Positions 1 to 13,684 of a stretch of 64,000 nt of DNA are shown in pieces. Made by a program: the position numbers and the translations under genes. A model generated the notes under the pieces. It made no database searches and was not told the DNA's origin. It was given only the letters and a program-made list of their open reading frames with translations. The stretch is from the human T2T-CHM13v2.0 reference genome, Homo sapiens: the NCBI RefSeq assembly GCF_009914755.1, contig NC_060933.1, one strand, 5' to 3'. Each line of letters opens with the position of its first letter. Position 1 is the stretch's first letter.

Positions 1-1713
1 GAGGAATCTTCAGGTTTTTCTAGAGATAAGATCATATCAGCTTCAAACAAAGATAATTAGACTTCTTCCTTTCTAATTTGGACGCCCTTTATTTCTATCT
101 CTTATCTAATTCCACTGGCTAGAACTCCTAGTACTGTGTTGGATAGAGGTGGAGAAAGTGGGCATCCTTGCCTTGTTCCAGATATTAATGAAAAGACTTT
201 AATTTTTCCCCATTCAGAATGATATTAAGCTGTGTTTTTGTCATATATGACCTTAAATGTGTTGAGGCATGTTTCTTCTGTAGGGTCCAGCCCTACTGGG
301 TCTGTGGGTTTTTCTCCTCGTGTGTGGAAATGAGAGATCATAGAAATAAAGACACAAGACAAAGAGACAGAAGAAAAGACAGCTGGGCTGGGGGAACCAC
401 TACCACCTAGACGCAGAAACCGGTAGTGGCCCTGAATGCCTGGCTGCGCTGTTATTTATTGGATACAAGGCAAAAGGGGCAGGGTAAGGACTGTGAGTCA
501 ATGATTGATAAGGTCACGTGAGTCACGTGTCCGCCAGACAGGGGGCCTTTCCCTTTCAAGTAGTGGAGAGTGAGAGAGATACAGCTTAAGTCATTATTTC
601 TTCTATGCTCTTCTCAGAAAAATCAAAGACTTTAATACTTTCACTAATTCTGCTACTGCTATCTATATGGCAGAGCCAGTTGTACAGAGTGGAACATGAG
701 CCAGGTGTACAGAGTGGACCAGGACCGTGACCGCTGAAGCACAGCTTCACAGGGAGACGTCTGGTCAGGCCTCTGGATGGCTGCGGGCGGCCCTGACTGA
801 TGTCAGGCCTTCCACAAGAGGTGGTGGAGCGGAGTCTTCTTTAACTTCCCCGGGGGAAAGGGAGACAACCTTTCCCAGTCTGCTAAGTAACGGGTGCCTT
901 CCCCAGGCACTAACGCTACCGCTAGACCAAGGTCCGCTAGGTAAGGGGTGCCTGCCCAGGCGCTGGAGTTACCGCTAGACCAGGGAGCCCTCTAGTGGCC
1001 CTGTGCGGGCATAACAGAGGGCTCACACTTGTCTTCTGGTCACTTCTCTCACCGTGTTCCTTCAGCTCCTATCTCTGTATGGCCTGGTTTTTCCTAGGTT
1101 ACAATTGTAGAACAAAGATTATTATAATATTGGAATAAAGAGTAATGCTTCAAACTAATGATTAATGATATTCATATATAATCATATCTATAATCTATTT
1201 CTAATATAACTATTCTTATTCTATATATTTTCTTTATTATACTGGAACAGCTTGTGCCCTCGGTCTGTTACCTTGGCACCTGGGTGGCTTGCTGCCCACA
1301 TCTTCTATGCCCAGTTTGTTAACAGATTTTATCATGAAGCGATGATGAATTTTACCAAATACTTGATCGACATCTAGTGAGACGATCATATGTTTTTTGT
1401 TCTTAATTCTGTTGATATGATCTATCATGTTTATTGATTTGTATATTTTGAACCATCCTTACATCCTTGAGATGAATCTCACCTGATCATGGTGAATGAT
1501 CTTTTTAATGTGTTGTTGAATTCTGTTTGCTGATATTTTGCTGATAATTTTTTGCATAATGTTTATCAGGAATATTGGCCTGTAGTTTTCAATTTTTGTA
1601 ATGTCCTTGTGTGTTTTGGTATCAAGATAATGCTGGCCTCAGAAATGAGTTTTGAAAAATACCCTCCTCTTCTATTTGTTGAAATCACTTTAGTAAACTT
1701 GGGATGAGTTCTT
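1..1713 (-). mobile_element. Older L1 (L1PB/L1MA-type) ORF2 RT-region fragment, interrupted by LTR13 at 279-1300
   Basis: Minus-strand ORF 1237-1428 reads IDHINRIKNKKHMIVSLDVDQVFGKIHHRFMIK, homologous to L1 ORF2 [33 protein letters not shown] seen at 8695-9369. The L1 sequence resumes in register after the LTR. Confidence 0.85.
279..1300 (-). mobile_element. Solo LTR13 (ERVK-class LTR)
   Basis: TG...CA termini. The minus strand starts TGTGGGCAGCAAGCCACCCAGGTGCC and ends GGGCTGGACCCTACA, as in the LTR13 consensus I recall. 5-bp TSD TCTTC at 274-278 and 1301-1305. Length about 1 kb. Confidence 0.9.
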
Positions 1714-1918
1714 TACGAAATATTAAAAGAACTTCTTCAGGCAAGGAAAAAAAAGATGTTGGTCAGAAGCTTGAATCTATATGAAATAAGAAACAAGAGC
1801 ACCAGGAAGGAATGAATGAAGGCAAAATAAAATATTTAATTTTTCTTGTTCTTAACTATATTAAAAATGAATATGTGTAAAATTCTTCACAATCTTTTTT
1901 CAGAAATTAGAAGAAACA

Positions 1919-2230
1919 GGTCAGGCATGGTGGCTCACACCTGTAATCCCAGCACATTGAGAGGCCGAGGAGGATGGATCACTTGAGGCCAGGAGTTTGA
2001 GACTCGCCTGGCCAAAGTGACAAAAACCCGTCTCTACTAAAAATACAAAAATTAGCCAGGTGTAGTGATGCCTGCGCCTGTAATCCCAGCTGCTCAGGAG
2101 GCTGAGGCACAAGAATCACTTGAACTGGGGAGGCAGAGGTTGCAGTGAGCTGAGATCATGCCATTGCACTCCAGCCTGGATAACAGAGCGAGACTCCATT
2201 TCAAAACAAACAAACAAACAAACAAACAAC
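1919..2230 (+). mobile_element. Alu (AluS-type), full length, with (CAAA)n tail
   Basis: GGTCAGGCATGGTGGCTCACACCTGTAATCCCAGCAC start, A-rich linker, right arm and tail. Confidence 0.95.
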
Positions 2231-3407
2231 CACTTACTGACTCTTCAAAAGAAATACGAAGTAGCTACATTAAGTTCATACAAAGATGACTTCAGAACAA
2301 GGAAAGTAATCAGGAACAAAGGGCATTAAACATGATAAATACATACATTCTCCAAGAAGAAATTCTAGGGCAATATTATCCGAATACTGAAATCAAAATA
2401 CATTGCAAGAAAAGAAACAACAGATCAATACATCTTGTGCACAATAAATTTAAAAATCCTCAAAAAAAACAACAAATCGAGTACAACAATGTATAGAAAA
2501 AGTTATATACCACAAGCAGTGTGATTTATTATAGATATGCAAGGCTGGTGTTACATTTAAAAATCACTTTATGTAAAACACCACATATACAGGATAAAGA
2601 AGAAAAATAATATCATCATATAAATTCTGACAACCGTTTTATAAAAGCTAACACCTACTTGAGATAAAAAACAATTCTTCAGCAAATATAAGAGAACTTC
2701 CTCAATTTAATAAAGGACATCTCCCAAAAAACCTACCTTATTCTTAATGGTGATAAACTGAATGTTTTTCCCTAAGATCAGAAAAAAGAAGCTATGTTGT
2801 AATCACTGTTAATTCAACAATGTCCTAGAAATTCTAGCTAGTACAATAAACAAGGAAAGGAAATAAAGTATATAGTTTGGAAATGGATAAATTGTACGGT
2901 GTTTATTTGCAAATGGCATGCTTTGTGTATGTAGAAAATCTCAAAGACACTATATTAAAAAAACAACTCCTGAAACTAATAATTGAATTTAGAAGGTGGC
3001 AGGACACAAAGTCAGTATACAAAAATCAATCATTTTTCAGCATAGCAGCAATGAAAAATTGAGATTTGAAAATTTTAAATTTTATTTATAGCAGCATAAA
3101 AGTAATGAAATGCTATGGTATCAATTTGACATACGTATGTACAGGATATGCATGCAGAGAAATACAAAACATTAAATCAAAAAATGACTTAAATGGAGAG
3201 ACTGTCCATTTAATCCATATTAACAGATTGGTAGACTCACTGCTGTTAAAATGTCACTTATTCCCTACTTTATCCATAGATTCGACGTCATCCCAATTAA
3301 AGTGATTTATTCCAGTTCACAAAGAGATTTACATAACAAAATTACTCAATGTAATCCACACCAACAGGGTAAATAATAAACATCATACGATCATATCAAT
3401 TGATAAT

Positions 3408-3841
3408 TGTGATGGTTAATACTGAGTGTCAACTTGTTTGGATTGAAGGACGCAAAGTATTGATCCTGGGTATGTTTGTGAGGGTGTTGCCAAAGAAGAT
3501 TAACATTTGAGTCAGTGAGCTGGGAAAGGCCGACCCACCCTTAATCTGGGTGGGCACCATCTAATCAGCTGCCAACGCAGCTAGAATATAAAGCAGGCAG
3601 AAAAACGTGAAAGACTACACTGGCCTAGCTTCCTGGCCTTCATCTTTCTCCCATGTTGGATCCTTCTTGACTTCGAACATCAGGCTCAAGTTCTTCAGTT
3701 TTGGGACTCAGACTGGCTTTCCTTGTTCCTCAGCTTAGAGATGGCCTGTTGTGGGACTTTGTGATTGTGTGAGTAAATAATTAACAAACTTCTCTATATA
3801 TGTATCCTATTAGTTCTGTCCTTCTAGAGAACCCTAATACA
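3408..3841 (+). mobile_element. Solo MLT2A1-like LTR (HERVL)
   Basis: Starts TGTGATGGTTAATACTGAGTGTCAAC and ends CTAGAGAACCCTAATACA. Perfect 5-bp TSD ATAAT at 3403-3407 and 3842-3846. Confidence 0.9.
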
Positions 3842-4614
3842 ATAATTAAAAATAATTTGGCAAGCCCTAACACTCATTTGAGTTTATAAAAAATACCAAA
3901 GTGAAAATAAAATCTTCATTAAGCTATTTTGCACCTATCAAAAAAAAAAAAAAAATTCTTAAATGGAAAGGCAAAAGACCTGAAAAGAAGAAGGGTGAAG
4001 AACTCACACTATGATTTTTAAACTTCTATAAGCTATAAGAACCAATAGAATGTGGTATTGATAAATAATATATATATATATATGGAAAAGACTAGACATT
4101 TCAGAAATGGACCCACTCAAATATAGTCTACTGATCTTCAACAATGGTGCCAAAGCAATTCAATAGGTAGTCTTTCAACAAATGGTACTGAAATAAATGA
4201 ACATTCACATCGAAAAAGCGAACCTACACACACACCTTAAACTTTTCTAAAACATGAATTCAAGATGAATCATAAATATAAAATTAAGACTATAAAATTT
4301 CTAGAAGGAAAGAGGACAATATCTATGTAACCTTTAGTTTGATGATGAGATTTTAGAACACCAAAAACAAAATCAAGGAAAACAAAATTGGTGATTTGGA
4401 CTTTAGTAAAATTAAAAATATCTGCTCTGTGAAACATACCGTTAAGAGAATGAAGTGATGAGCTAAGACTGAAATAAAATATTTGCAAAACTCCTACTTT
4501 ATAAAAGACATGTATCAAAAATATATAAAAATGTAAAACTTAATAAGAAAAGAAACAACTCAATTTATAAATGGGGAAAATATCTGAATTAACACCTCAT
4601 CAAAGAAAATATTT

Positions 4615-4945
4615 GAAGATTCATCAAAATGGTGGACTAAAAGCAATTTTTTTCACCCTCTCCCACAGAAAACTACAACCAACCTTTGTTGCTAAGATTA
4701 TCTTCACCAATATCCTAGAACTCAAAATTGAGGCTATGAGAAACCCTGGGGCCATAGAAAAGTGAAAAACTGCAAAAAAAAAGCAAGAAGAGATTTGTAA
4801 TATTCCTAACAAAAAGAAATAAAAAATGTTGGAAATGATGGATATCTCAAGCATTCTTATTTGATTACTGCACATTGTATGCATGTATCACAGTATGACA
4901 TGTGCCCTCCAAATATTATAAAATAATTATGTGTTAACTTAAAAA
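4615..4945 (+). mobile_element. Short L1MA-type insert: apparent L1 5' end joined to an L1MA 3' terminus
   Basis: 4775-4945 matches an L1MA 3' UTR end (ATGATGGATATC...TTGATTACTGCACATTGTATGCATGTATCA...). 4615-4772 has a CAAAATGGTGGACTA start resembling an L1M 5' end. The host L1 continues on both sides. Confidence 0.55.
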
Positions 4946-5419
4946 ATACAAATGACAAATAAGAGTATGAACAAATGCTGAAGATCTTTCATCATTAGGA
5001 AAATCCAAATAGTTAAAACAATAAGATATCTCTGCACACTTGCGAGATGATCAGAAAAAATGAAAAGGAAAATAGCATAGGCTGAAATAAGCCCATCTGA
5101 AAGATTACATACTATATTGTTTATATCGTATTCTCAAAAAGACAAAACTATAGTGACAGAGAACAGTTCAATGGTTGCCCTTGAAATTGCTAAACAAAGA
5201 AAACATTTTCAATGTATCTAGGTAAAAAATAAATTCCAGAAAAAACAAAACTGTCTTTATCCTTTTACTCAATATAAAAAGCCAAATAAAGCAAAACAAT
5301 GCTTATAGAGGGCTGAAGGATAGGGCAGAGATTTCTGATCCCAAACTTAACTTATGGCTTAACATCTCTATTATGTGTAAGGGAAGCAAAAAATGTAATA
5401 TGAGATATGCAAGAGTGCA

Positions 5420-6332
5420 GGGAGGAGCCAAGATGGCCGAATAGGAACAGCTCCGGTCTACAGCTCCCAGCCTGAGCTACACAGAAGACGGGTGATTTCT
5501 GCATTTCCATCTGAGGTACCGGGTTCATCTCACTAAGGAGTGCCAGACAGTGGGCGCAGGTCAGTGGGTGCGCGCACCGTGCGGGAGCCTAAGCAGGGTG
5601 ACGCATTGCCTCACTCGGGAAGCGCAAGGGGTCAGGGAGTTCCCTTTCCTAGTCAAAGAAAGGGGTGACTGACGGCACCTGGAAAATCCGGTCACTCCCA
5701 CCCGAACACTGCGCTTTTCTGACAGGCTTAAAAAACGGCGCACCACGAGATTCTATCCCGCACGTGGCTCGGAGGGTCCTATGCCCATGGAGTCTCGGAG
5801 TCTCGCTGACTGCTAGCACAGCAGTCTGAGATCAAACTGCAAGGCGGCAGCCAGGCTGGGGGAGGGGCGCCCGCCATTGCCCAGGCTTGCTTAGGTAAAC
5901 AAAGCAGCCAGGAAGCTCCAACTGGGTGGAGCCCACCACAGCTCAAGGAGGCCTGCCTGCCTCTGTAGGCTCCACCTCTGGGGGCAGGGCACAGACAAAC
6001 AAAAAGACAGCAGTAACCTCTGCAGACTTAAATGTCTCTGTCTGACAGCTTTGAAGAGAGCAGTGGTTCTCCCAGCACGCAGCTGGAGATCTGAGAACGG
6101 GCAGACTGCCTCCTCAAGTGGGTCCCTGACCCCTGACCCCCGAGCAGCCTAACTGGGAGGCACCCCCCAGCAGGAGCACACCGACACCTCACACAGCAGG
6201 GTACTCCAACAGACCTGCAGCTGAGGGTCCTGTCTGTTAGAAGGAAATCTAACAAACAGAAAGGACATCCACACCAAAACCCCATCTGTACATCACCATC
6301 ATCAAAGACCAAAAGTAGATAAAACCACAAAG
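5420..6332 (+). promoter_or_regulatory. L1 5' UTR internal sense/antisense promoter, CpG-rich, with intact YY1 motif
   Basis: CAAGATGGC at about 5429-5437, and CpG-dense sequence relative to the rest of the window. Promoter function is established knowledge for L1 5' UTRs and is not shown for this copy. Confidence 0.75.
5779..5877 (-). pseudogene. ORF0: L1 ORF0, truncated to 32 aa
   Basis: Manual translation gives MAGAPPPAWLPPCSLISDCCASSQRDSETPWA*. The frameshift comes from an 8-bp duplication, GGAGTCTC x2 at 5789-5804. The remaining VRRFLS...RVGVT part lies in ORF 5561-5746 (-). Confidence 0.8.
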
Positions 6333-7349
6333 ATGGGGAAAAACCAGAACAGAAAAACTGGAAACTCTAAAAAGCAGAGCGCCTCTCCTCCTCCAAAGGA
6401 GCGCTGTTCCTCACCAGCAACGGAACAAAGCTGGATGGAGAACAACTTTGACAAGCTGAGAGAAGAAGTCTTCAGACAATCAAATTACTCTGAGCTACGG
6501 GAGGACATTCAAACCAAAGGCAAAGAAGTTGAAAACTTTGAAAAAAATTTAGAAGAATGTATAACTAGAATAACCAATACAGAGAAGTGCTTAAAGGAGC
6601 TGATGGAGCTGAAAACCAAGGCTCGAGAACTACGTGAAGAATGCAGAAGCCTCAGGAGCCGATGCGATCAACTGGAAGAAAGGGTATCAGCGATGGAAAA
6701 TGAAATGAATGAAATGAAGCGAGAAGGGAAGTTTAGAGAAAAAAGAATGAAAAGAAATGAGCAAAGCCTCCAAGAAATATGGGACTATGTGAAAAGACCA
6801 AATCTACGTCTGATTGGTGTACCTAAAAGTGACGGGGAGAATGGAACCAAGTTGGAAAACACTCTGCAGGATATTATCCAGGAGAACTTCCCCAATCTAG
6901 CAAGGCAGGCCAACGTTCAGATTGAGGAAATACAGAGAACACCACAAAGATACTCCTCGAGAAGAGCAACTCCAAGACACATAATTGTCAGATTCACCAA
7001 AGTTGAAATGAAGGAAAAAATGTTAAGGGCAGCCAGAGAGAAAGGTCGGGTTACCCTCAAAGGGAAGCCCATCAGACTAACAGTGGATCTCTCGGCAGAA
7101 ACCCTACAAGCCAGAAGAGAGTGGGGGCCAATATTCAACATTCTTAAAGACAAGAATTTTCAACCCAGAATTTCATATCCAGCCAAACTAAGCTTCATAA
7201 GTGAAGGAGAAATAAAATCCTTTACAGACAAGCAAATGCTGAGAGATTTTGTCACCACCAGACCTGCCCTAAAAGAGCTCCTGAAGGAAGCGCTAAACAT
7301 GGAAAGGAACAACCGGTACCAGCCGCTGCAAAATCATGCCAAAATGTAA
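6333..7349 (+). CDS. ORF1: LINE-1 ORF1p (RNA-binding/chaperone protein), intact 338 aa
   Basis: Full-length open frame with coiled coil, RRM and CTD. REKG, ARR and YPAKLS motifs are preserved. Confidence 0.95.
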   Translation: MGKNQNRKTGNSKKQSASPPPKERCSSPATEQSWMENNFDKLREEVFRQSNYSELREDIQTKGKEVENFEKNLEECITRITNTEKCLKELMELKTKARELREECRSLRSRCDQLEERVSAMENEMNEMKREGKFREKRMKRNEQSLQEIWDYVKRPNLRLIGVPKSDGENGTKLENTLQDIIQENFPNLARQANVQIEEIQRTPQRYSSRRATPRHIIVRFTKVEMKEKMLRAAREKGRVTLKGKPIRLTVDLSAETLQARREWGPIFNILKDKNFQPRISYPAKLSFISEGEIKSFTDKQMLRDFVTTRPALKELLKEALNMERNNRYQPLQNHAKM

Positions 7350-7412
7350 AGACCATTGAGACTAGGAAGAAACTGCATCAACCAATGAGCAAAATAACCA
7401 GCTAACATCATA

Positions 7413-11230
<3,818 letters not shown>

Positions 11231-11454
11231 ACAGTGAGATCACATGGACACAGGAAGGGGAACATCACACTCTGGGGACTGTTGTGGGGTGGGGGGAGGG
11301 GGGAGGGATAGCATTGGGAGATATACCTAATGCTAGATGACGAGTTAGTGGGTGCAGCGCACCAGCGTGGCACATGTATACATATGTAACTAACCTGCAC
11401 AATGTGCACATGTACCATAAAACTTAAAGTATAATAATAAAAGAAAAAAAAAAA

Positions 11455-11541
11455 GTAAAAGTCTAAATAAATATACTAAGGCGTCAATTCTTCTCAAATT
11501 GACTAATAAATGGATTCAATATAATCCCCCCCAAAAAAAAA
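11455..11541 (+). other. L1 3' transduction (~78 bp plus second poly(A))
   Basis: Lies between the L1 poly(A) and the 3' TSD copy. AATAAA at 11505-11510, and A9 at 11533-11541. Confidence 0.85.
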
Positions 11542-11972
11542 GAGATATGCAAGAGTGCAAAAAATATATTACCCCTGTAACTCCCCATGAAAAATAAGTA
11601 ATTAAAAGCAATTAAACAAGTCTCAAGGAGCTAGAACATAGGCAAAGAAGATATTATAATTGGCAATGTTGCAGTTAAACACATGCATTAAACCTGAGTA
11701 GGTGTTAATATACTTAAAATTTGAATCCAATATAAAAATTGAATCATTCTGGTGAAAAATACACTATATAATAACAATTTAGTAGTAATTAATAATAAAT
11801 ATTAATAAGCCATTTGTTAACAGTAAGAAATTATTGAATTTTCTGAAAAGATACTGAATAAAAACATAGTTTGAGTATATTTTTAAAATTTAAAGAATTT
11901 ATTAGTAAAGTTTAAAATATCAAAGATATATTTTGAAATATTGGATTTCCCCTACATACTAAGCAAGTATAC

Positions 11973-11992
11973 ATAGATAGATAGATAGATAT

Positions 11993-12029
<37 letters not shown>

Positions 12030-12067
12030 GAGATAGACAGATAGATAGATTGACTGATAGATAGATA
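11973..12067 (+). repeat. (GATA)n tetranucleotide microsatellite, interrupted
   Basis: Direct reading of the sequence. Confidence 0.95.
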
Positions 12068-12947
12068 TCACATTTTCTGAAGTTTCTGTGTAGTAGAATG
12101 AATACTATTACTGCAAGGAAATATGACTCTTATTTCCAACTTACCTCTTTTCCCAGCCTATTTCTACTTCCCCATATTGATGGACCTTATTGTCTTGGAA
12201 TAATATGCAATATGGCAGAAATTGTTTAACTGGAAGAATCTTGAGAGCAAGACCCTACCCAATAAGAGGTATGAGAATTCTAATATGAAACCTTCTTTGA
12301 GATTTATTTGAGACAGAGAGACATGGAATAGAGAAATTCTGTTCTGTTTTGTTTAGTTTATCCATGAAACAGTAGGTTAATCATTAATTTGACTGAGTTA
12401 TTTTTATATTGGCTAGATTAAGTTTTCAGCTATTGCTCAGAAATAATTGCTTGAGTTTTTAAAAAGTTACTTGTTTCCAGAAAATAAATGTATATTGCTT
12501 TTCTGCCAACTTTGAGAATGCAGCTGTATAAAAATTATAAAGCATAGTTTTTTATTTTATCCAGGTAATATAATATTAATAATAATCAAAGTTTAATTGC
12601 TGGGTATGTAAGATTCTTTTTTCCTTTGAATATGGTTAAATACATATATGTTAGCAATTTTTGACAATCACTACATTAATCTATTTTTGAAAAGCATGGG
12701 TTTGAGATTTTATTATTCTGGTTGCTCTCTCTAGATATTTTCTGTTGTTCTCTAAACAGTGAGTTGCAATTTCCCTTAAGAAATGCCAGGCACAAATGTG
12801 CAGTTATGATCTTCAGTCTTTACAACAGTATTTTGTTTTGCTATGTTTTGTTTTGATGTAGCTTCAAAATATTACTAGCTCATAAGAAATGCTATCCGGT
12901 TGAATCTTTCTACCTTGTGTTTGTGTTGCCTTAAAAATACCATGGTT

Positions 12948-13684
12948 AATCAAAACTACAATGAGACACAATCTCATGCCAGTCAGAATGGCAATTATTA
13001 AAAAGTCAGGAAACAACAGATGCTGGCGAGGCTGTGGAGAAATAGGAACACTTTTACACTGTTGGTGGGAGTGTAAATTAGTTCAACCATTGGGGAAGAC
13101 ATTGTGGTGATTCCTCAAGGATCTAGAACCAGAAATACCATTCGACCCAGCCATCCCATTAGTGGGTATATACCCAAAGGATTATAAATCATTCTACTAT
13201 AAAGACACATGCACATGTATGTTTATTGCAGCACTATTTACAATAGCAAACACTTGGAACCAACCCAAATGCCCATCAATGATAGACTGAATAAAGAAAA
13301 TGTGGTACATATACACCATGGAATACTATGCAGGCATAAAAAAGAATGAGTTCACGTCCTTTGCTGGGACATGGATGAAGCTGGAAGCCATCATTCTCAG
13401 CAAACTAACATAGGGAAAGAAAACCAAACACCACATATTCTCACTCATAAGTGGGAGCTGAACAGTGAGAACACAAGGACACAGGGAGGGAAACATCACA
13501 CACCAGGGCCTGTCGTGGGGTGGGGCCAAGGGGAGGGAGAGCATTAGAACAAATACCTAATGGATGCGAGGCTTACAACCTAGATGACAGGTTGGTAGGT
13601 GCATCAAACCACTATGGCACATGTATATCTATGTAACAAACCTGCATGTTCAGCACATGTATCCCAGAACTTAAAGTAAAATTA
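12948..13684 (+). mobile_element. 5'-truncated L1PA8-like element
   Basis: ORF2 C-terminus plus 3' UTR (TAATGGATGCGAGGCTTACAACCTAGATGAC). TSD AAAAATACCATG(G/C)TT at 12933-12947 and 13685-13699, with a canonical TT/AAAA site. Confidence 0.88.

Larger units (their letters stand above)
1715..5180 (+). mobile_element. Old, fragmented and rearranged L1M (L1MC/MD-like): ORF1 end, ORF2 pieces and 3' region, hosting several insertions
   Basis: Degenerate similarity to L1 ORF2 throughout, e.g. ATGCAAGGCTGG, CTAGAAATTCTAGC, GCAGGACACAAAGTCAGTATACAAAAATCAAT and CAACAAATGGTACTG. Confidence 0.75.

Noticed and set aside
12243-12260. 17/18 match GAG(A/G)GCAAGACCCTACCC, also at about 55982-55999
   Set aside because: About one such match is expected by chance in a 64-kb self-comparison, and the similarity does not extend.
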